From Gammaproteobacteria bacterium (GTDB lineage Bacteria; Pseudomonadota; Gammaproteobacteria; Arenicellales; JAANXG01), in assembly GCA_024638505.1 (NCBI GenBank), contig JAHEKE010000002.1:31006-95005 (forward strand): a stretch of 64,000 bases of DNA. The letters are read 5' to 3'. A program made the translations under genes and the position numbers. A model generated the notes under the pieces. That model worked only from the letters and a program-made list of their open reading frames with translations. It was not told the DNA's origin and did no database searches. Shown one piece after another: positions 57,701 through 64,000 of this stretch (within the stretch, counting starts at the first letter, position 1; every line of letters starts with the position of its first letter).

Positions 57701-59068
57701 ATGCAGCCAGGCGACGTTAAAACTGAGGCCGACGCCAGAACAATTGTTGAGCAAATGGAGCTGGACTACGTCCGGGTTGGTTTGTCTGATATAGACGGGA
57801 TCATGCGCGGCAAGTATATGGCGCGGGATAAGTTCTTTTCAGCTTTGGACGGGGGATTTGGATTCTGTGACGTGGTCCTCGGCTGGGACTCCAGTGATCA
57901 GCTGTACGACAACGTTCAGCTCACGGGATGGCATACGGGGTATGGAGACGCAGACGTACGCATTATTCCGCAAAGCTGCAGACGTGTACCACAAGAGGAA
58001 AACATGCTGCTGTTTCTTGCCGAATTTACCGGACGGGCAGAGCAGGTCTGTCCGCGCGGGCTGCTTCGTCGCATCATTGATAGAGGAAAACGAGCGGGAT
58101 TGACGGCGTCGGCCGCGTGCGAATTTGAGTTCTTTTTGTTTGACGAGACGGCGCACAGCGTGCGGCGAAAGAATTACAGAAATCTGAGGAGCATTTCGCC
58201 TGGATTTTTTGGTTATTCAATGCTGCGCAGCTCAGTATTCTCTGAGTTCTATCAACAGCTGCTCGGCTTGTGCAAACAAATGGATTTTCCCTTGGAGGGC
58301 CTGCACACCGAGACCGGACCTGGAGTGCTGGAGGCAGCGCTTGAAAAATCGGACGCGCTGTCTGCAGCGGACCGGGCTTTTTTATTTAAAACCTATGCCA
58401 AAGTACTGGCCGAGCGCCACGGTTGGATTGCAACCTTCATGGCGAAGTGGAGCCCAGACTGGCCGGGGCAGAGCGGTCATATTCATGTCTCGTTATGGGA
58501 TGACCAAGGCAACAATGTCCTGCACGACCCGGATCGAGAACACAATATGAGCGAGCGCATGCGCCATTTTATTGGCGGTCAGCAGGCCCTTATGCCGGAA
58601 CTCTTGTGTATGGTTGCGCCTACGGTCAATAGTTTCACCCGGTTGATTCCGGGATTCTGGGCCCCGACCGCGGCCAGCTGGGGCGTGGAGAACAGAACCT
58701 GTGCGCTGCGCGCTATCCCAGGGAGCCAGAAATCTCAGCGGGTTGAATACCGCATCGCCGCAGCGGATATCAATCCGTACGTTGCGTTGAGCGCCGCACT
58801 CGCCTCCGGACTATGGGGCATAGAAAACCATATCGAACCGGATGAACCGGTCCAGGGTAACGCCTACGACTGTCAGTTTGGCGCCAACCGCCAGCTGCCC
58901 GCTACTTTGTTTGAGGCGGCTGCTCGGTTCAAACAGTCCAGTGCCGCACGCGAGCTTTTTGGCGATCCGTTTGTGGAGCATTACGCTGCGACGCGGGAAT
59001 GGGAAGAGCGTGAGTTCCGCAAACACATTACGGATTGGGAAATGAACCGATACTTTGAAATTATCTAG
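57701..59068 (+). CDS. glutamine-synthetase-family gamma-glutamyl ligase (GlnT/PuuA-like)
   Basis: 455 aa. GS catalytic motifs EFEFFLF, HTE.GPG..E, KW....PGQSGH.H.SLW, NSF.RL.PG.WAP....WG.ENR....R. Confidence 0.85.
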   Translation: MQPGDVKTEADARTIVEQMELDYVRVGLSDIDGIMRGKYMARDKFFSALDGGFGFCDVVLGWDSSDQLYDNVQLTGWHTGYGDADVRIIPQSCRRVPQEENMLLFLAEFTGRAEQVCPRGLLRRIIDRGKRAGLTASAACEFEFFLFDETAHSVRRKNYRNLRSISPGFFGYSMLRSSVFSEFYQQLLGLCKQMDFPLEGLHTETGPGVLEAALEKSDALSAADRAFLFKTYAKVLAERHGWIATFMAKWSPDWPGQSGHIHVSLWDDQGNNVLHDPDREHNMSERMRHFIGGQQALMPELLCMVAPTVNSFTRLIPGFWAPTAASWGVENRTCALRAIPGSQKSQRVEYRIAAADINPYVALSAALASGLWGIENHIEPDEPVQGNAYDCQFGANRQLPATLFEAAARFKQSSAARELFGDPFVEHYAATREWEEREFRKHITDWEMNRYFEII

Positions 59069-59153
59069 CCTCAGCAATCCCGCTGGCGACTTTACCTATC
59101 GCCCGCGCGTGACCCTGAACTCAGAGTAAGTATTTATCCTGGAGCTTTCGCAG

Positions 59154-60314
59154 ATGAACGTGAACTGGAATTATCCAACAGCGCTACGGGTAGGGGCAGG
59201 ACGAATAGGAGAACTGCCCGAATCGTGTAAATCACTCGGCATGAGCAGACCATTACTGGTGACGGATCCGGGTCTGGCTGACTTACCTATGGTGTCACAG
59301 GCGGTGCAGCGTTGTTCAGCAGAAGGCTTGTTCTGCTCTGTCTTCAGCGACATCAAACCTAATCCAACCGGGCAAAACGTGGATAACGGCGTCATCCAGT
59401 TCAGGGAAGATGGTCACGACGGAGTCATCGCGTTTGGCGGCGGCAGCGGGCTTGACGCAGGTAAAGCTGTCGCCCTGCTGGCCGGCCAGACCAGGCCCTT
59501 GTGGGATTTCGAAGATGTCGGTGACAACTGGTTACGCGCGGATGCGCAAGCGATAGCCCCGATAGTTGCCATACCCACCACCGCCGGTACGGGTTCGGAA
59601 GTGGGAAGGGCGTCGGTGATTGTTGACACGGAGCAGCACGTTAAGAAGATTATCTTTCACCCCAAGATGTTGCCCCAAATCGTGATTCTGGATCCGGAGC
59701 TGACCATTGGCTTACCGCCCCGATTAACCGCCGCGACGGGCATGGATGCGCTGTCGCACAACCTCGAGGCTTATTCTTCTCCTGTCTATCATCCCATGGC
59801 TGAAGGGATTGCTATCCAGGGGATTCACTTAATTAAGAGTCATTTGCCTGACGCGGTACGCGACGGCACCAACCTTCACGCAAGAATGCAGATGCTAGTT
59901 GCATCCAGCATGGGAGCGACGGCATTTCAACGCGGGTTAGGCGCAATGCACGCTTTGGCGCATCCGCTGGGCGCGCTGTATGACGCACATCACGGCACGC
60001 TGAACGCGGTTCTGATGCCATATGTGCTGTTGGCAAATCGCACGGTGGTGCAGGATCGGATCGCGCGGCTGGCAAATTATCTCGGTTTGAGCGACCCTAG
60101 CTTTGAGGGGTTCCTGCAATGGATCCTGGGACTGCGACAGGACATCGATATACCGCATGATTTGGCAGCACTTGGCATTGATGACCAGCAGCTCGACAGA
60201 ATCGGGGTCATGGCGGTGGAAGATCCTTCGGCGGCGACCAATCCCATTCAGTTCGAAGCTGAGCAGTACGCCTCCATTGCGGCCAGTGCCTGGGCCGGGG
60301 AATTAACCTACTAG
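59154..60314 (+). CDS. iron-containing (group III) alcohol dehydrogenase
   Basis: GGGS..D..K, PTTAGTGSE, and His-rich metal motifs DALSH and HALAHPLG...H.HG. Confidence 0.9.
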   Translation: MNVNWNYPTALRVGAGRIGELPESCKSLGMSRPLLVTDPGLADLPMVSQAVQRCSAEGLFCSVFSDIKPNPTGQNVDNGVIQFREDGHDGVIAFGGGSGLDAGKAVALLAGQTRPLWDFEDVGDNWLRADAQAIAPIVAIPTTAGTGSEVGRASVIVDTEQHVKKIIFHPKMLPQIVILDPELTIGLPPRLTAATGMDALSHNLEAYSSPVYHPMAEGIAIQGIHLIKSHLPDAVRDGTNLHARMQMLVASSMGATAFQRGLGAMHALAHPLGALYDAHHGTLNAVLMPYVLLANRTVVQDRIARLANYLGLSDPSFEGFLQWILGLRQDIDIPHDLAALGIDDQQLDRIGVMAVEDPSAATNPIQFEAEQYASIAASAWAGELTY

Positions 60315-60402
60315 CGCAATCCGCCGGGAGAGAGTTTTACGCCGCAGGCTCGCACTGGCGTGGCGACCGTTGCCATTTCCCTAATGCGGCGCTGAGCGCG
60401 AT

Positions 60403-61494
60403 TCAGGGCAGGTGCGGCCGCGCGAGATAATCAGTCGACTGCATTTCTATTAGCCGGCTGACGGTGCGGCTGAACTCGAGCTGCAGACGATGCCCCTGGT
60501 AAAGCTCGTCTGGCGGAGCACCGCCGGAAGCCATGAATTTGACGTTCCGGTCGTACAGAATATCGATCAAATTGACGAAGCGGCGGGCGTGGTCGTCGCG
60601 CGCAGCGGACAGAATAGGGATATCTGAAACGACCACGGTATGAAAACACCTGGCTAACTCCAGATAATCGTTCTGCGATCTTGGTCCGCCGCATATCTCT
60701 TCGAAGTCAAACCAGACCACGCCGTTGGCGTGGCGCAGGGCAACTACATTTCGTCCTTCGATCTCAAGATTGACGTCAGATTGAACCAAGTCGGATGCAA
60801 TATGATCAAAGTTACTGGCTAATCCTGCAATCGCTTTTTGGTCATGGGGACAAAAATAGGTTTTAGCCTGGTCCAGGAATCGAAGGCGATAATCTGTTTT
60901 GCCCTGAATTTGGTGAACTGCGTTATGCCGCTTGATCAAGTCTATGGCGGGTTGAAAGCGGTCGCGCTGCAGTCCGTCCTTGTATAGGTCATCGGGCGCA
61001 ATATTCGACGTGGCGACAAGGGTCACACCATTGTTGAACAGATGTTTAAGCAAACCACCAAGCAGCATGGCATCGGTAATGTCGTTGACGATAAATTCAT
61101 CAAAACACAGCACGCGGAAATCCCTGGTAAAATGGAACGCGATTTTTTTCAGCGGATCCTGGAGATGCCGGTACTCTCCTAGGCGCTCATGTACTTTACG
61201 CATGAATCGGTGAAAATGTATGCGTTTTTTGTTGGCCAACGGCAGGTTCTCAAAAAACAGATCTACCAGGTAAGTTTTACCCCGCCCCACCCCGCCCCAC
61301 AAATAAAGTCCTGTTACCGGCTGATAGTGATTATGCTTTTTGAGCAAGCGCGATAGCCAACTGATTTGGGAGTCGTTGGTGCGCACGAGATCGTGGTAGA
61401 CCCGCTGCAGCATCAGCATGGCCTGCTCCTGTGCAGGGTCGTGAACAAATTCTGCGCGCTGTAAATTAATTTTGTAACAGTCAATGGGTGTCAT
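60403..61494 (-). CDS. zapE: AFG1-like ATPase ZapE
   Basis: GLYLWGGVGRGKTYLVDLFF, RIHFHRFM, LCFDEF.V.DI.DAM.L..L...LF..GV.LVATSN. Confidence 0.9.
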   Translation of the reverse strand: MTPIDCYKINLQRAEFVHDPAQEQAMLMLQRVYHDLVRTNDSQISWLSRLLKKHNHYQPVTGLYLWGGVGRGKTYLVDLFFENLPLANKKRIHFHRFMRKVHERLGEYRHLQDPLKKIAFHFTRDFRVLCFDEFIVNDITDAMLLGGLLKHLFNNGVTLVATSNIAPDDLYKDGLQRDRFQPAIDLIKRHNAVHQIQGKTDYRLRFLDQAKTYFCPHDQKAIAGLASNFDHIASDLVQSDVNLEIEGRNVVALRHANGVVWFDFEEICGGPRSQNDYLELARCFHTVVVSDIPILSAARDDHARRFVNLIDILYDRNVKFMASGGAPPDELYQGHRLQLEFSRTVSRLIEMQSTDYLARPHLP

Positions 61495-61522
61495 TGTTAC
61501 ATTGGCGATACAAGTGAGGCGA

Positions 61523-62530
61523 TTAATACAAAGTGCGCAGTCTTAACTGGAACCTAACGTCAGAGGAAACATCCGGATTAATCTCGTCTTCAGTCACAGC
61601 GACATCGAGGAAGGTAGAACGGCCAACATGAGCGCTGCCGCCGATCGTTAGCTGATAGGCCTCATCGGTAAGTTGCTGCATATCGCTGTTTCGATATACT
61701 GCTGTATGCGCGTCCAGCTGTAACTTAATGGCCAAGGATGGAAACGGCCGCCAGCCCAAATATGCGGCAGCGAACCCTACCCAATTTCTCTGCAGTTCCG
61801 GTAATATGTCACCGGTTTGCAGTAAGCTACCGCCTAGTTGTATAGAACCCAGCCATTTTTCTCCCCACCGTCGCGATGCCATAGCTGCAATTGATACATC
61901 TGTTCCACCGCTTCCCAGCAGCCGGCTAGCGTCTCCGCTGGGAAGTTTTAACTGGGCACGTGTAGTGAATGCAAAATTATCCGTTTGCTGCAATGTTTTT
62001 CCCGTAAAAAACAGAATGTCGCCAAGACCTGAGGTGGATGTTTGCACATTGATCAAATCATCACCATTGCGAGAATAGCGGAACACAAGCCGGTCATTTG
62101 CAACGCGATCCCGACCAAGAGTTGGTAGCCCGAAGGTGTTGTGCCAGCGGTTGATAAATCCATCCATAAATCCTCCGCTATGAGATACAAAGGGAATCTC
62201 AGTCCCCACCTCCCATTGATTTGTTAAACCCCGGCTAAAGCGGACGGCCAGCCTGTAGGATTCACCGTCTATACGTATCGATTCAGTTAGATTTCGGCTA
62301 TCAGTGAAATGGCTGGCAGCATCAAGCGTTACATTAACAGAGCTTTGCTTTGCGGCAGTAACGACTGACGACTGCATGGTTGCGATGCCGTAGACGCCGA
62401 TAAAGGGATTCATGTTGCTGACGGCGAAGGGCTGCAATAGAGAATTCGACGCGAATCCCTGCGATATTACCGATAAAAACAGCGCGCTAACTAACAACCA
62501 CCAGCAACAGGCAAATTTTATATACTGCAT
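61523..62530 (-). CDS. putative outer-membrane beta-barrel protein (DUF3187-like)
   Basis: Signal peptide, alternating beta-strand pattern, and a C-terminal aromatic residue (..RLRTLY). Family name from memory. Confidence 0.6.
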   Translation of the reverse strand: MQYIKFACCWWLLVSALFLSVISQGFASNSLLQPFAVSNMNPFIGVYGIATMQSSVVTAAKQSSVNVTLDAASHFTDSRNLTESIRIDGESYRLAVRFSRGLTNQWEVGTEIPFVSHSGGFMDGFINRWHNTFGLPTLGRDRVANDRLVFRYSRNGDDLINVQTSTSGLGDILFFTGKTLQQTDNFAFTTRAQLKLPSGDASRLLGSGGTDVSIAAMASRRWGEKWLGSIQLGGSLLQTGDILPELQRNWVGFAAAYLGWRPFPSLAIKLQLDAHTAVYRNSDMQQLTDEAYQLTIGGSAHVGRSTFLDVAVTEDEINPDVSSDVRFQLRLRTLY

Positions 62531-62533
62531 CGC

Positions 62534-63283
62534 ATGCGGGACTACTTAAGACGATACCTACCACCCGGCCCGTTTAGTAAAAACACTTTGGGCCTGGCCC
62601 TGTTGCCGGTTTTTGTGGCGCTGATCATGCTGGTAGTTGACCGGTTTGGACTGCAGAACACCTTCGTGCGAACATTTGGCCCGCTACTTATAGAACAGGG
62701 CTATGACCCTAACTATATAGCCTTTCTTGCGCAAATTTATTTCTCTGCTTTCGCTCTCGTCTGCTACGTACTGCTGCCGCTGTTGTATCACCTGGTGTTT
62801 CCTTCGGGTCTGGACAATCCTTTTGGCCTGACGCTCAGCGCTGTACGTCCCCATCTGCCGGTGTATATCGTCATAATTGCGGGCATGATCCCGTTACTAT
62901 GGATCGCATCCTATCAGCCAGGTTTTTATCATTTTTATCCCATGTATAAACCGCTAACCATAGGTATGTGGTTTTTATTTGAAGCGGTTTATATGGTGCA
63001 GTTTTTCTGTGTCGAGTTCTTTTTTCGCGGCTTCACCCTGTTCCGCCTGGAAGCCAGATTTGGCTACCATGCAATTACTATCATGGTTATCCCCTATGCC
63101 CTGCTGCATATTCATAAACCCTTTGCCGAGGCCTTGGCGTCCATCATCGCGGGACTGGTGCTCGGCATGCTGGCATTGAAAAGTAGATCTATCTGGCCGG
63201 GGGTTATCATCCACTGCACGGTGGCATTCAGTATGGACTGGTTTGCGTTGATTCAGTCCGGCCGCATGGCTGCGCTGTTTTAA
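62534..63283 (+). CDS. CPBP-family intramembrane protease (CAAX/Abi-like)
   Basis: VEFFFRGF (motif 1), LLHIHKP and VIIHCTVAF (His motifs), 6-7 TM helices. Confidence 0.75.
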   Translation: MRDYLRRYLPPGPFSKNTLGLALLPVFVALIMLVVDRFGLQNTFVRTFGPLLIEQGYDPNYIAFLAQIYFSAFALVCYVLLPLLYHLVFPSGLDNPFGLTLSAVRPHLPVYIVIIAGMIPLLWIASYQPGFYHFYPMYKPLTIGMWFLFEAVYMVQFFCVEFFFRGFTLFRLEARFGYHAITIMVIPYALLHIHKPFAEALASIIAGLVLGMLALKSRSIWPGVIIHCTVAFSMDWFALIQSGRMAALF

Positions 63284-63394
63284 GGCGGGCCAGGCGCTTT
63301 GGCTGATGAGGGTACGCCTTGAGCCGTCCACAGCGGGCGTCGTCGATTACGCAAAACAGATCAGTGCTGGAAGTAGATTAGCCTCAACCTGGTT

Positions 63395-63748
63395 TTACTG
63401 CTGTGGCTCCTGCAACCACATCTGCGCCGACTCAACGTCATCAAACTGTCTAACTTCGGCAGTAACGAAGGCAACAGCGAGCCAGCTCATCCAGGCTAAC
63501 CATTGGCTTTCCGTAACCACCGCGATCCTCTGGTAGTCTCGAGCATGTTCCTTATTAAAGCGCAGCTCCTCAAGCGCAACATCGACTGAGAAGCCGGACA
63601 TGCTGCTTAAGTCGAGCAGCAGGTTTACATGGTCATAATGCTCGAGCTCATCAGTCACTGCGTCCTCAAACTCACGGAAATCTTCCAGCGTCATATCACT
63701 GTAGATGTGGACTTTCAATAAATCTTTTTCTTGTTCGATGATGATCAT
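63395..63748 (-). CDS. STAS/SpoIIAA-like small protein (DUF3478-type)
   Basis: 117 aa and acidic. The pattern ...L.V.....MT.EDF.EF.......L.....V.LL.DL......S...A..E... is typical of this family. Assigned from memory. Confidence 0.65.
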   Translation of the reverse strand: MIIIEQEKDLLKVHIYSDMTLEDFREFEDAVTDELEHYDHVNLLLDLSSMSGFSVDVALEELRFNKEHARDYQRIAVVTESQWLAWMSWLAVAFVTAEVRQFDDVESAQMWLQEPQQ

Positions 63749-63974
63749 CGCTAGGCCTCAATATTATTCAAGCAATATTGCGTCATATGCGCACTTCACG
63801 CTACGCGCCGACTTCAAGCTGTTTACAGCGACACCTGCGCTCACTACTGTAAACTTACGCTACTATTAATGATACTGTCTATGGCAGAACGCTGAGCTCA
63901 TAAATCCACACGGCGACGCGGCGCAGAAAAGCCATGCGCGTGAGATAATAAGACGCCGTTTGGCTCGGCTTAGC

Positions 63975-64000
63975 ATGTGTGGGATAGTAACGGCCGTGAT
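63975..64000 (+). CDS. 5' end (8 codons) of a class-II (Ntn) glutamine amidotransferase, truncated by the window edge
   Basis: ATG TGT GGG ATA GTA ACG GCC GTG = MCGIVTAV. The Met-Cys-Gly-Ile-Val start is the signature of GlmS/PurF/AsnB-type enzymes. Too short to choose among them. Confidence 0.3.

Noticed and set aside
63869-64000. A minus-strand frame open from the right window edge (…RAKRRLIISRAWLFCAASPCGFMSSAFCHRQYH*), considered as the 3' end of a gene entering the window.
   Set aside because: The composition is not protein-like. It also conflicts with the plus-strand MCGIVTAV start at 63975, which has a much more specific signature.

Overview
This is a gene-dense 64-kb chromosomal segment, most likely from a marine-type gammaproteobacterium. 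That guess rests on dusB-fis-purH-purD, hemF, waaA, tolC, thiC, gshA, rarA and zapE, and on about 52-57% GC in the few ordinary lines I hand-counted. All calls come from reading the ORF translations and the DNA by eye; no database or HMM search was possible. I call 60 protein-coding genes (two cut by the window edges), two intrinsic terminator/attenuator hairpins, one candidate promoter and two intragenic repeats. I found no rRNA, tRNA, CRISPR array, transposase, integrase or phage gene. Apart from Fis, I recognised no transcription factor.

Positions 1-31 kb are mostly housekeeping: purine, heme, LPS, thiamine, glutathione, and DNA repair and replication. Two oddities sit there. One is an MtnK-like kinase / enolase-paralog operon (16.7-20.6 kb). 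The other is an acyl-AMP-ligase-ACP gene converging at 1-nt spacing on an LpxL-type acyltransferase (24.1-26.9 kb).

Positions 32-60 kb look accessory, an organic N/P scavenging block:
- a tandemly duplicated HAD protein with a non-canonical D-W-H-A-T catalytic motif;
- phnW (2-aminoethylphosphonate:pyruvate transaminase) without any recognisable C-P-cleaving partner;
- an aldehyde dehydrogenase, an EamA transporter, and a HAD-amidotransferase-Nudix trio;
- a PhnSTUV/PotFGHI-type ABC importer whose last permease carries an extra TM helix and a duplicated tail motif;
- a zinc MetE-like methyltransferase;
- a choline-kinase-like gene translationally coupled to a dimethylglycine-dehydrogenase-like FAD/folate demethylase;
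- ald-mmsA, a GC-rich (probably acquired) TRAP transporter, and a glutamine-synthetase-like ligase with an iron alcohol dehydrogenase.

My best candidate for an undescribed system is this 32-50 kb gene set. I read it as a possible catabolic route for N-methylated aminoethyl-phosphonates or phosphoesters that feeds PhnW, with the D-W-H-A-T tandem HAD as the unassigned phosphoryl- or C-P-cleaving step. That model is inference from gene content only.
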